From contig CAZDTP010000012.1 in assembly GCA_964508365.1 (NCBI GenBank), forward strand, positions 1 through 64,000: a DNA stretch of 64,000 bases, given 5' to 3'. The notes beneath the pieces were generated by a model. It was not told the origin of the DNA. It searched no databases and worked only from the letters and a program-made list of their open reading frames with translations. How positions within the stretch are numbered: position 1 is the stretch's first letter; every line of letters starts with the position of its first letter. Position numbers and translations under genes: made by a program. This document shows positions 28,808-38,415 of this stretch, piece after piece. This DNA is from an uncultured archaeon. Its GTDB lineage: Archaea > Asgardarchaeota > Lokiarchaeia > Sigyniarchaeales > SOKP01.

Positions 28808-29032
28808 ATGGCTGATAAAACATTAAATGCAATCGGTTTAAAATGTCCCATGCCAGTTTTAAAAACGAAGAAGGAACTGAAAGGAATGACTTCAGGGCAG
28901 GTCTTAGAGCTTATTGTCGATGATAAAGGAGCTTTAAAAGACATTCCAGCCTTATTAGGGAAAACTGGGGATGAATTACTCGAAACTAATGAATCTGATG
29001 ATCAAGTAGTTTTCTTGATTAAAAAAGCATGA
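28808..29032 (+). CDS. tusA: TusA/SirA sulfur-carrier protein
   Basis: LNAIGLKCPMP (CPxP motif). Confidence 0.92.
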   Translation: MADKTLNAIGLKCPMPVLKTKKELKGMTSGQVLELIVDDKGALKDIPALLGKTGDELLETNESDDQVVFLIKKA

Positions 29033-29060
29033 ACTTGATAATTTATTTGAGGGACGAGCG

Positions 29061-29429
29061 ATGACGACATATACATTCTTTATTAGTACAGAACCTTATA
29101 AATTTGAGGTTACAGATTCGCTAATTGAACTTTGTAAGGCTATCATAAAAAAGGGAAACTCCATCAAGGGATTATTCTTTTTTGGATCGGGTGTCTACAA
29201 CTTAAAGGGAGACATTAGTGCTGGAGCAACGATACGCAATTTACCTAAAAAGTTACAAGATTTTGCTCTTGAGAACAATATTCCTGTATCGGGTTGTAGT
29301 ACATGGGTAAGTTTAACTGGTCTAAAGGAAGAGGAATTTATTGAAGGTGCTACTGAAGAAGGGTTAGGTGACTTTTCAAATTGGTCAGTAGAATCTGATA
29401 AAATAATAGTTTTTGGAACGGGGGGATAA
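29061..29429 (+). CDS. dsrE: DsrE/TusD-like sulfurtransferase subunit
   Basis: STEPY...GLFFFGSGVY...GCSTW; Cys at the expected active-site position. Confidence 0.75.
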   Translation: MTTYTFFISTEPYKFEVTDSLIELCKAIIKKGNSIKGLFFFGSGVYNLKGDISAGATIRNLPKKLQDFALENNIPVSGCSTWVSLTGLKEEEFIEGATEEGLGDFSNWSVESDKIIVFGTGG

Positions 29430-29431
29430 TA

Positions 29432-29800
29432 ATGGTGGAATCAGTAGTAATTATAACAGACCAATCACCCGTAGGTAAGAATTCTGCAGCAGAAGCAATT
29501 AGGATTGGATCTGGTTTTGTGGCGTTAGGAGAATATATCAATTGTCAAGTGGTATTTATGGGTGATGCGTTATACTTGTTGAATAAAAATGCAGTTCCTA
29601 ATGCTATTGACATGGATTCTAATGATGAGGTACTTGAAATCGCAGATTTATCAGATTTAGAGTTGTACATAATAGATACAGACTTGAAGAATGCTGGCAT
29701 GACAGAAGATGATCTAATTGAATATGAGAGTTTAAAGATAATATCTATTGAGGAATTATCTGATTTAATAGATCAAGCAGATACATGCTTTAGATTCTAA
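29432..29800 (+). CDS. dsrF: DsrF/TusC-like subunit
   Basis: QSPVG..SAAEAIR...VFMGDALY motif; position after dsrE. Confidence 0.75.
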   Translation: MVESVVIITDQSPVGKNSAAEAIRIGSGFVALGEYINCQVVFMGDALYLLNKNAVPNAIDMDSNDEVLEIADLSDLELYIIDTDLKNAGMTEDDLIEYESLKIISIEELSDLIDQADTCFRF

Positions 29801-29813
29801 TGGAGGGAAAAAG

Positions 29814-30143
29814 ATGGAAATAGTATACTTATTCGGATTTAGTGAAAGGACAGGGAACCATTTAGAAAGGCTATTGCCCTTATTAAAAGTGCAAATTCAG
29901 AAAGGAGCAAATGTCGGTTTAGTCTTTATACACGATGGAGTGATTGGATTAAACACCAATGGATCAATTCCAAGCAAATTGGAAGAATTATTAAACTCTA
30001 ATATTACATTAAAAGCCATGGTTCCAGATATGAAAGCACGAGGAATACCCATTGAGAGCTTGCATGATAAAATAAAACCAATTGAATATGATGAGTTAGT
30101 AGAAATATTAGATAATACTCAAAAAATAATTTCATGGATGTAA
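29814..30143 (+). CDS. dsrH: DsrH/TusB-like subunit
   Basis: VFIHDGV...DMKARG...YDELVE...ISW motif. Confidence 0.8.
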   Translation: MEIVYLFGFSERTGNHLERLLPLLKVQIQKGANVGLVFIHDGVIGLNTNGSIPSKLEELLNSNITLKAMVPDMKARGIPIESLHDKIKPIEYDELVEILDNTQKIISWM

Positions 30144-30267
30144 AATAATCAAAAATTAAAAATTTTTTAATAATTAATAAATCAAAAATAACGGTCATAG
30201 ATTTGACGTCAATAATTAAGAACAACAAAAAAATTAAAAATAAAATAAAAAATAGAAGTGAAAAAAT

Positions 30268-30684
30268 ATGGGAGAAACAATAAACTATATAGTAAAGGAC
30301 AAATCATTCGAAAAGTTCGCAATGATGATGCTCCTAGGTACCACAGCAGACGCTATGGAAACAAAATCCAACTTTTTCTTCACCTTTTGGGGTTTGAACT
30401 TATTAACCAAAAAGTTTAAACCTAAAGTTGCTGGAATGCCTACACCTATGAAGGGTATGGGTGCAAAGATTTTTAGAAAAAGGATGGCAAAGTTTGGAAT
30501 TGAAGATCCATGGGGTATGATTAAAGACGCTGTCGAAAATGGTAATATGAAATTATTTCCATGCCAAATGACAATGGATTTAATGGGAATTAAGCGAGAA
30601 GATATGCTTGATTTTGTTGAAGATCCTGTAGGTGCCGCAACATTCTTAGAAATGTGTGAAGGCGGAAAAATGGTCTCACTATAA
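30268..30684 (+). CDS. DsrE2/DsrE3-family sulfur-carrier protein
   Basis: FFFTFWGL...PCQMTMDLMGI...VGAATFL motif. Confidence 0.88.
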   Translation: MGETINYIVKDKSFEKFAMMMLLGTTADAMETKSNFFFTFWGLNLLTKKFKPKVAGMPTPMKGMGAKIFRKRMAKFGIEDPWGMIKDAVENGNMKLFPCQMTMDLMGIKREDMLDFVEDPVGAATFLEMCEGGKMVSL

Positions 30685-30728
30685 ATAAATTTTTAAAAAT
30701 TTTTTTTTTAATTCAAATTAATGAAATA

Positions 30729-31295
30729 GTGGAAAAAATGTCAGAAACAAAAGAAGAACACCGAGAATTTAAGACAGATGAAGATTTCGATAAAGATTAT
30801 TTTAAAAATATTGAAAGAAAGTCAAATATTTGGCAATGTATTCAGTGTGGAACGTGCACGGCCAGCTGTGAGTCTGGACGTTGGACTGCACTTAAAACAA
30901 GATTAATCATTAGAAAAGTATGTTTAGGAGATCTTAGTGTTCTTAAAGACCCCGATATTTGGCTTTGTACAACTTGTTATCAATGTTATGAACGCTGTCC
31001 TCGTGATGTAAGGCCAACTGATGTAATAATGGAATTAAGAAATTACGCTACTAAATTAGGAAATATTTCGCCATCTCACCGAGCGGTTGTTGGCTATTTA
31101 AAGAATTTTGGACATGCCGTACCTATAAATGACGAGATTAGAAAACGAAGGGTCGAATTAGGATTAGAAGAACTCCCTCCAACTGCGTTTAAATATAAAC
31201 AAGAGGGAGATGATAAAGATTTAAAGAAATTTGAAGAACATTTGTTTGATCTTCCTCCAGTTAAGGAGGAAAAAAAGAAGGAAGAGGAGAAGTAA
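30729..31295 (+). CDS. hdrC: Heterodisulfide reductase subunit C
   Basis: CIQCGTCTASC and WLCTTCYQCYERCP. Confidence 0.93.
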   Translation: MEKMSETKEEHREFKTDEDFDKDYFKNIERKSNIWQCIQCGTCTASCESGRWTALKTRLIIRKVCLGDLSVLKDPDIWLCTTCYQCYERCPRDVRPTDVIMELRNYATKLGNISPSHRAVVGYLKNFGHAVPINDEIRKRRVELGLEELPPTAFKYKQEGDDKDLKKFEEHLFDLPPVKEEKKKEEEK

Positions 31296-31298
31296 GAA

Positions 31299-32216
31299 AT
31301 GGTAAAAGAACATACATTTTCATTTTTTCTCGGCTGTCTCATGCCAAATAGATATCCCGCAATTGAAAAAGCAACAAAGTTTGTAATGGGGAAACTTGGA
31401 TACGAGCTTTTGGACATGGAACGTGCTAGTTGCTGTCCGGCTCCAGGAGTATTTCGATCATTTAATAAATTTGATTGGATGGTAGCAGGTGCTAGAAATC
31501 TCTGCATTGCTGAAAAACTCGATGCAGACATTCTTACGGTTTGTAATGGATGTTTTGGAACATTACAAGAGATTAACAAACACTTGAAAGAAAACGAAGA
31601 TCACAGAGAATTAGTAAATGAAAAATTAAAACTGCTCGGAGATTACGAGTTTAAAGGTACGATTGATGTCCGGCACATTGCTGAAGTATTAGGGTACGAA
31701 GTAGGCCCATGGGGCATAGAAGATCTAATTACACGAAAAGTAAACGCGCATGCTGCTGTACATTATGGGTGTCATTTTCTAAAACCTACAAGAATTCGAG
31801 AGATTGAAAGCTCAGAAGGACCTACCATCATCGAAGATTTTATTGAGGTATTAGGAGTAGAATCTGTTAGATTTAAGGAGCAGTTAACTTGTTGTGGTGC
31901 TGGTGGAGGTGTAAAAGCGTATTCTGGTGATACCAGTATGACGATTTTTGGAGAAAAAATGAAAAATATTGACGAAGTTGAGCCAGATTTTATTTTGGAT
32001 ATATGTCCTTTCTGTCATTTACAATTTGAGACGGGACAAGATTATCTAAATAAAAATAAGGGTTGTAATTACGATTATCCAGTTATTCATCTTTCCCAAC
32101 TCGTTGCTTATTGTATGGGTATGGACCAAGAATTTGTTGGTCTTCAATATCAAATGATGGGAAAGGATTACATTTTTGGTGGAGAAGAAGTAAAAAAAGA
32201 AGAGGGGTCGATTTAG
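31299..32216 (+). CDS. hdrB: Heterodisulfide reductase subunit B
   Basis: Two CCG domains: GC...CCPAPG...CNGC and HYGCH...CCGAGGG...CPFCHLQF. Confidence 0.95.
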   Translation: MVKEHTFSFFLGCLMPNRYPAIEKATKFVMGKLGYELLDMERASCCPAPGVFRSFNKFDWMVAGARNLCIAEKLDADILTVCNGCFGTLQEINKHLKENEDHRELVNEKLKLLGDYEFKGTIDVRHIAEVLGYEVGPWGIEDLITRKVNAHAAVHYGCHFLKPTRIREIESSEGPTIIEDFIEVLGVESVRFKEQLTCCGAGGGVKAYSGDTSMTIFGEKMKNIDEVEPDFILDICPFCHLQFETGQDYLNKNKGCNYDYPVIHLSQLVAYCMGMDQEFVGLQYQMMGKDYIFGGEEVKKEEGSI

Positions 32217-34232
32217 ATGGCCGTTAAAGAAGATAAAATGGAAAAAAGCAAAACTGAATCGGGAGACTTTGAAGAACCCAGAATTGGCGTTTTTGTATGT
32301 CATTGTGGTCATAACATTGCTGGAACTGTGGATGTCGCAAAAGTGGCAAATTACGCAAAAGAGTTACCAAATGTTGTAAAAGCGGAGCATTATATGTTTA
32401 TGTGTTCAAAACCAGGCGTTCAGATGGTCAAAGATTCGATTAGAGAATTAGGGGTTAATAGAACTGTTGTAGCAAGCTGTTCAAAAAATCAACATGGTTT
32501 GACTTTTGCGAAAGCTATTGCTGAAGAGGGTATTAATAAACACAAACACCAACAAGTAAACATAAGAGAGTATTGTAGTTGGGTTCATAAAAAAGACGAG
32601 GAAAAAGCAACTGCAAAAGCACTTCGATTGGTCGAAGCTGGAGTAAATCGAGCTCGAAAACTTGAAGATGTAGAAACTAGACGAGTATCGACGACTAAAG
32701 CAGCTTTAGTTATTGGTGGGGGTATCGCTGGCCTTAGATCCGCTCATGATTTGGCAGAATTAGGAATACCCGTGTTTTTGGTAGAAAAAAATTCTACAAT
32801 TGGAGGGCACATGACACAATTAAATAAAACATTTCCAACTTTAGAATGTCCCCAATGCTCGATTTCACCTTTAACTAATGGAGTAGCGAATCATCCTTTA
32901 ATTGAACTTTATACAAACGCCCAAATTAAGAGCGTTGAGGGTTCATTAGGAAATTTTGAAGTTGAGATTGAAATAAAGCCTCGCTATGTTAAAGATAACT
33001 GTACTTCTTGTGGCGAATGTTCTTTACACTGTCCAGTAGAAGTGCCTAGTGAATGGGACAAAGGAATGTCTATGCGAAACGCTATTTACAAAGCATATCC
33101 GCAAGCAATTCCCGCAACATTCGTAAGGGACAAAAAATCTTGTATTGAGTGTAATACATGTATTAACATATGTCCAGTCCAAGCGATTGATTTTTCGATG
33201 GAAACTGAGACTAAAACGGTGAAAGTTGGTTCGATTGTAGTTGCTGTGGGATATGATGAATACGATCCTACGGAAATAGAACCATATCATTATGGAAAAG
33301 AGGGATATGAAGATGTTATTACTCAATTAAAATTAGAACGAATGTTATCACCAACATCTCTTACTAATTCTGAAGTGTTGCGACCATCTGACGGAAAACT
33401 ACCAAAGAGTATTGTAATGATTCAATGCGTGGGTAGTAGAAACGATCAAGTTGGCAATCAGTATTGTACTGGTGTATGCTGCAAATTTGCGATAAAAAAC
33501 GCTCGAATTGTAAAAGAAATGTATCCTGATACCGATGTGACGATTTGTTATATAGATATACGAACTCCAGGATTAAATTTCGAAGAGTTATATAAATCTG
33601 CTCAAGAAGTTGGAGTCAGATTCATCCGAGGTAGACCTTCGGAAATTATTAAAGACCCTATAAATGGAGAATTAAAAGTTATAGTAGAGGACACCTTAAG
33701 CATGACACCTTTACAATTAAAAGCTGATTTGGTTGTGTTGTCAGCAGCGATGGTGCCACCCGAAGGAATAGGACCACTTGGTTCTAAGCTTAAAGTTTTA
33801 CGTTCCAAGGAAGGTTTTTTAAAAGAATTTCATATTAAGATGAACCCTACATTGAGTAGTAAAGGAGGAATTTTCTTAGCGGGTGCGATACAAGGACCAA
33901 AAGACATTTCTGAAACCGTAGCGCACGCGGGGAGTGCTGCTGCTTTAGCTGCTGCACCTCTAGTTAAAGGTTATATAGAAAAGGAAATGTTGGTACCAGT
34001 TATAGATTATGATTTATGCGTTAATTGTGGAATTTGTAAGACCATTTGCGCACCAGCCGCAATCGATATTGATGATAATGGAAGACCATCAGTCAATGAG
34101 ATAGCGTGTAGATCATGTGGAATGTGTATGCCAAGTTGTCCGACAATGGCGATTCAACTGATTAATTTTACAGAGGATCAAATGCATGATGAAATAATTG
34201 CCGTATCGGGCGGAGGTGCCGTGTGCGAATGA
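32217..34232 (+). CDS. hdrA: Heterodisulfide reductase subunit A (methanogen-type, inserted and C-terminal ferredoxin domains)
   Basis: VFVCHCG, NIREYCSWVH, GGGIAG, QCVGSR, VCCKFAIK, four CxxCxxCxxxC motifs. Confidence 0.96.
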   Translation: MAVKEDKMEKSKTESGDFEEPRIGVFVCHCGHNIAGTVDVAKVANYAKELPNVVKAEHYMFMCSKPGVQMVKDSIRELGVNRTVVASCSKNQHGLTFAKAIAEEGINKHKHQQVNIREYCSWVHKKDEEKATAKALRLVEAGVNRARKLEDVETRRVSTTKAALVIGGGIAGLRSAHDLAELGIPVFLVEKNSTIGGHMTQLNKTFPTLECPQCSISPLTNGVANHPLIELYTNAQIKSVEGSLGNFEVEIEIKPRYVKDNCTSCGECSLHCPVEVPSEWDKGMSMRNAIYKAYPQAIPATFVRDKKSCIECNTCINICPVQAIDFSMETETKTVKVGSIVVAVGYDEYDPTEIEPYHYGKEGYEDVITQLKLERMLSPTSLTNSEVLRPSDGKLPKSIVMIQCVGSRNDQVGNQYCTGVCCKFAIKNARIVKEMYPDTDVTICYIDIRTPGLNFEELYKSAQEVGVRFIRGRPSEIIKDPINGELKVIVEDTLSMTPLQLKADLVVLSAAMVPPEGIGPLGSKLKVLRSKEGFLKEFHIKMNPTLSSKGGIFLAGAIQGPKDISETVAHAGSAAALAAAPLVKGYIEKEMLVPVIDYDLCVNCGICKTICAPAAIDIDDNGRPSVNEIACRSCGMCMPSCPTMAIQLINFTEDQMHDEIIAVSGGGAVCE

Positions 34233-34681
34233 GTGATTGCGAAACTCCTGATGAATATGTTCAAGAAAGGATTCAAAATGTTGTTGTATTCATGTGCAAC
34301 GAATGTGGTCAAGGAAGCGCAAATACTGCGGGTGTCGCTCGAATGTCGTACGATGCTGCAATTAGAATAATTAGAGTTCAATGCACGGGTCAAGTCGGAC
34401 CGATTCAGATTATGGAAGCGTTAAATAACGGTGCTGATGCAGTCGCTTGCGTAGGATGTTGTTTAGGCGCCTGTCATTTTTTTAATGGTAATATAATTTC
34501 GATGCACAGAATTAAATTGATGAAAAAACTCTTTAAAGAGTTAGGTTATAGCGATCAATTTGTAAACCAATACACTTCGAGAGCTGCGGAGGGTGAAACT
34601 GCTGTTGGCGATTTCGAAGATATTATAGACCGATTAACAACTGCAATTCTAGATAAGGGGACGATAAAAGATGGATGTTAA
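34229..34681 (+). CDS. mvhD: MvhD/FlpD [2Fe-2S] subunit
   Basis: FMCNEC...IRVQCTG...GADAV..VGCCLGACHF. The ATG at 34229 overlaps the hdrA stop (ATGA). Confidence 0.88.
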   Translation: MSDCETPDEYVQERIQNVVVFMCNECGQGSANTAGVARMSYDAAIRIIRVQCTGQVGPIQIMEALNNGADAVACVGCCLGACHFFNGNIISMHRIKLMKKLFKELGYSDQFVNQYTSRAAEGETAVGDFEDIIDRLTTAILDKGTIKDGC

Positions 34682-35912
34682 AGTATTCCAATTTAACGGT
34701 TGTAATAAGTGCTTCAATGAGACTGTATTACTTAAACAAGACGCTAAATATAAAGTCGAGTTTGTCTCTGATCCAAAGAATTGGAAAGGAGAAAAAGTTG
34801 ACATATCAGTTATTACAGGGTATTTACTTCCTAACGATTTGGAGCACGTGGAACGTATAAAGAACAATTCAAATAAAGTAATTGCTTATGGAGACTGTCC
34901 AGCTACAGGTGGAGTATTTGCTTTAGCAAATCAAAAAGGGCACGACGTTAAACCTTTAGCAACCTTAATTGAAGGTTCAAGTAGTGTATATGGATGTTTA
35001 GGCGAAATTGAAGAATTAAAATTAGCGATTGACGGAAGAGATGTTCCAATATTAAAAAATTTATGTCAAATTTGCTCCAGAAAAGCAACATGTGACTATT
35101 TAGAAAAAATTAATAGACAAATTGAATTAGAGGATTCTGAAACATGTTTTAACGACTTAGGTTTTCTCTGTAGTGGCTTTACTGCGACTGAGTGTAAAGA
35201 AAAATGTATTGATTACAATACTCCTTGTAGAGGTTGTAAACCAAGCATAGATCGTTCTGGAATTCGCATGTTAGCAATGTTCGGCACATTAGCAGGGAAC
35301 ATTGAAATTGCTACCGAACATTCAGTAAAGGGAGCAACTGACAAATTAGGCGACGCTGACGACGATCTAACAGACAGCTTACCTGATATCGTCGGCAATT
35401 TTTTCAGATTTACATTACCTACTTCTGGTTTGCCAAAAGGTAAAATCTCTTCCTCAGGAACTTTATTAGAAGATGTTTTCATTGGTAGGCTGATTGAGGA
35501 GATCCCTTTGATAACCGGACTTATAGGGGGGGCTAAATCAATATCTTTTACGCTTAAATTCATAAAGGCATACGAGGAAGCAAATCAAATAGAAGTAAGC
35601 GAACAAACGAAAAAATACCGGAACGAGCTCCTACAATTAGAAAAAGACCTACAAGATGCTATAATTAAAGAAGATGCATCGAAATACAAAGAGATTACAA
35701 ATAAAATCCGATTTATTGCTGGAAATATGAACTTATCAAACGTATTTTTTGGTGGATTCAAGTCAATTATCGATCCTAACGATGACTTTAACAATTATAA
35801 AACCCATGTTTTTGATGTGGTGGATGGAACCTATAAAAATGGTTCGATAGAATATACCATTAATCCAGATGGTATTATAAAAGAAATTAAAATTAACGAG
35901 GAATTATTATGA
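34671..35912 (+). CDS. MvhG/FrhG-like hydrogenase small-subunit homolog with extra C-terminal helical domain
   Basis: GCNKC, YGDCPATGG, CQIC...CF...LCSG...C...C...PCRGC, followed by about 150 additional residues. Confidence 0.75.
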   Translation: MDVKVFQFNGCNKCFNETVLLKQDAKYKVEFVSDPKNWKGEKVDISVITGYLLPNDLEHVERIKNNSNKVIAYGDCPATGGVFALANQKGHDVKPLATLIEGSSSVYGCLGEIEELKLAIDGRDVPILKNLCQICSRKATCDYLEKINRQIELEDSETCFNDLGFLCSGFTATECKEKCIDYNTPCRGCKPSIDRSGIRMLAMFGTLAGNIEIATEHSVKGATDKLGDADDDLTDSLPDIVGNFFRFTLPTSGLPKGKISSSGTLLEDVFIGRLIEEIPLITGLIGGAKSISFTLKFIKAYEEANQIEVSEQTKKYRNELLQLEKDLQDAIIKEDASKYKEITNKIRFIAGNMNLSNVFFGGFKSIIDPNDDFNNYKTHVFDVVDGTYKNGSIEYTINPDGIIKEIKINEELL

Positions 35913-38374
35913 GTTTTGAACTATTAAAAAGTGAGATTATTGACGCGGGTTTATGCCAAGGCTGTGGTTTATGTTCAGGGTACTGCAAACATATTGAAAT
36001 GGAGACGCTAAGACCAATTTTAAAAGATTATTGTATCCTTGAAAGAGAAGGACAGGATTGCGGTAAGTGTTACCAAAACTGCCCTCAAGTATTGCAGAAA
36101 AAATTTAAGGAGCTACAACCCTTAGGAATTTATTCCTTAAGAAGTAAAGACTCTAAAATATTAGAAAAAGCGTCAAGTGGAGGATTTGTTACTGCAATCG
36201 CAAAGCATCTCCTCGAGGAAAAGGTTTTATCCGAAATTGTAATGGTGCAAAACATTGACGATTTACCTAAGGCAAGCAGTGTAACTAATCCTGAAGATGT
36301 AATTCAAAGGGCAGGGATCGTATATGGGCGATCTGGGGTTTTAGAAAAGTTAGTAGAAGTTTCTGGAGACAATTTAGAACCTTTAGGCATCGTGGGAGTT
36401 CCATGTGAGATCAGAGGAGCTGCTGAAATGGGCGTAGAAATGAACCGGGAAATCCTTAAAATAGGGTTATTCTGTAATTCAAGTATCAGAACGGAAGAAA
36501 CAGATAGAGGTTTAGTTTGTTCACCATGTTGTGGAGGTTGTCCTTCAGGTGTTAATGCACAAGGTTATATATCGTTAATACGAGAACATAAATACTTAGA
36601 AGCTGTAGAATTAATCCGCAAAGACAATCCATTGCCTTCTATTTGCGGAAGAATCTGTACGCATGAATGCGAACACGGTTGCACGTTAATCGGCTCAGAT
36701 CATCCAGTGGCGATAAGAGAACTAAAAAAATTTATAACAGAGTACGAAATTAAGCAAGGGAAACAAAAAACTGTAAAGACTAAGAAAAAGCTAGGAAAGA
36801 AAGTAGCAATAATAGGTGCTGGACCAGCAGGTTTGACAGCAGGATATTATTTATCGCTTAAAGGATATTCCCCAACGATTTTTGAAAAAACCGATCATAC
36901 TGGCGGAATGCTTCGATTTGGAGTGCCTCAATTCAGATTACCTAACTACGTACTAGATTACGATATAGAGACGATAAAAAATGCTGGCGTGGAAATTATA
37001 TTCAACAAACCATTAGGTCCTGACATGACTATTGAAGACCTAAAAAACGACGGATTTAAAGCCATTTTTATCGCGACGGGTCAATATAAACCAAGAACAT
37101 TACACTTAGAAGGAGAGGAACTTCCGAACGTACATGTTGCTATTAATTTCCTTATCGATAGAAAATATCGCGATTGGCAGAAACAGCAAGAGTTTAAAGG
37201 TAAAACCATAGGAATAATAGGAGGTGGAGCGGTAGCCGTTGATGTTGCACAGACAGCACTGAGGTTAGGCGCAGAAAAAATAGATCTTGTTGATGTCATG
37301 ACTGAAAAGGATCTTGAACTCGTAATACGAGAGATTCCTGAAGAAGAATTAAAATTCATGGAATATCATTTTAATACTTCCGTATCAAAAATTACTGAAG
37401 GAGAAGGAGAGGAACTATTATTAAATAGTTATAAAATTCAATGGAGCAATGCAGATGATACTGGCAGAAGGTCAATTAATAAAATCGAGGGTTCTGATTT
37501 TGAGATCAATGCAGACGCTATAGTTATCGCTGTTGGTCAAGCCGTTGATTTTAATTTAATAGATATCGCAACTGATAATAAACTCAAAAAAGAGCGAAAT
37601 AAAATTGAGATCAATCCAATAACATTTGAGACTAATATTCCAGGAATATTTGCTGGTGGAGATACAATTACAAACTCAAAAGCTGTTGCAATTGCCGCAA
37701 TCGCTCACGGTAAAGAAACAGCTATCTCAATAGATCGATATTTAAATGGAGAAGACCTTTCAGCGGGTCGTTATCAACAAAACAAAATGTTTTTCGAAGG
37801 AATTTCGAAAACTCCAAAAGACTATTCATTAAAACCAGAATCATTAGAAGAAGCTACTGAAGATGTCCAATGGAATTTTGAGGAGATCGAAGCAAAATTT
37901 AGCGAAGAAATGGCGCTAGCAGAGGCTAGACGTTGTTTAAGTTGTAATCATTACTGCTCGCATTGCCAAGATTTTCCTGCAATTTATTCAGACTTTACAG
38001 CTGGAGAGGTTGGTTCCAAACCAGGCTTCACAACCGTCGTAGTTTGGACAGAAAGAGGTAAAGAAATCATTGAAAAAGCCTTAAACCAAGGATTATTTGA
38101 AGAAGGCAGCGTTAACAAGGACGAATTGAAGAAAGCAATCACTCTAAAATCAAAACGAGAAATGGAAGTTTTAGAAAAAACTCCAAGGCAACAAGTTTTA
38201 GACTACATCACTCTTCAAGGTCCAACCACAATTAGCAACATGTCTGAAACCTTAAATTTAGAAACTAAAAAAGTACGCTACGAAGCTTTACGATTGGTTC
38301 AATTGAATCAAATTGAGATGAATATTGAACCGGGCTTCGAAGAACCAATGTTTTCACCTATATGTGAAGATTAA
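35909..38374 (+). CDS. Fusion oxidoreductase: ferredoxin + FrhB/FdhB split by a GltD/NfnB-like module + C-terminal wHTH
   Basis: CQGCGLC; SSGGFVT, GVPCE, IGLFC (FrhB N-half); CPSGVNAQGY..CGRIC..CE..C, GAGPAG, GGGAVA, FAGGD (GltD); CSHCQDF..DFTAGEVGS..GFTTVVVWTERG (FrhB C-half); helix-turn-helix-like tail. Confidence 0.85.
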   Translation: MSFELLKSEIIDAGLCQGCGLCSGYCKHIEMETLRPILKDYCILEREGQDCGKCYQNCPQVLQKKFKELQPLGIYSLRSKDSKILEKASSGGFVTAIAKHLLEEKVLSEIVMVQNIDDLPKASSVTNPEDVIQRAGIVYGRSGVLEKLVEVSGDNLEPLGIVGVPCEIRGAAEMGVEMNREILKIGLFCNSSIRTEETDRGLVCSPCCGGCPSGVNAQGYISLIREHKYLEAVELIRKDNPLPSICGRICTHECEHGCTLIGSDHPVAIRELKKFITEYEIKQGKQKTVKTKKKLGKKVAIIGAGPAGLTAGYYLSLKGYSPTIFEKTDHTGGMLRFGVPQFRLPNYVLDYDIETIKNAGVEIIFNKPLGPDMTIEDLKNDGFKAIFIATGQYKPRTLHLEGEELPNVHVAINFLIDRKYRDWQKQQEFKGKTIGIIGGGAVAVDVAQTALRLGAEKIDLVDVMTEKDLELVIREIPEEELKFMEYHFNTSVSKITEGEGEELLLNSYKIQWSNADDTGRRSINKIEGSDFEINADAIVIAVGQAVDFNLIDIATDNKLKKERNKIEINPITFETNIPGIFAGGDTITNSKAVAIAAIAHGKETAISIDRYLNGEDLSAGRYQQNKMFFEGISKTPKDYSLKPESLEEATEDVQWNFEEIEAKFSEEMALAEARRCLSCNHYCSHCQDFPAIYSDFTAGEVGSKPGFTTVVVWTERGKEIIEKALNQGLFEEGSVNKDELKKAITLKSKREMEVLEKTPRQQVLDYITLQGPTTISNMSETLNLETKKVRYEALRLVQLNQIEMNIEPGFEEPMFSPICED

Positions 38375-38415
38375 CTAATCAAAAAAAAATATTAAAAAAT
38401 AACGAGGTAAAAATT

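Noticed and set aside
34223-34400. HdrA-MvhD fusion through UGA/Sec readthrough
   Set aside because: MvhD is in a different frame (ATGA overlap), and the readthrough frame gives non-homologous sequence that soon stops.
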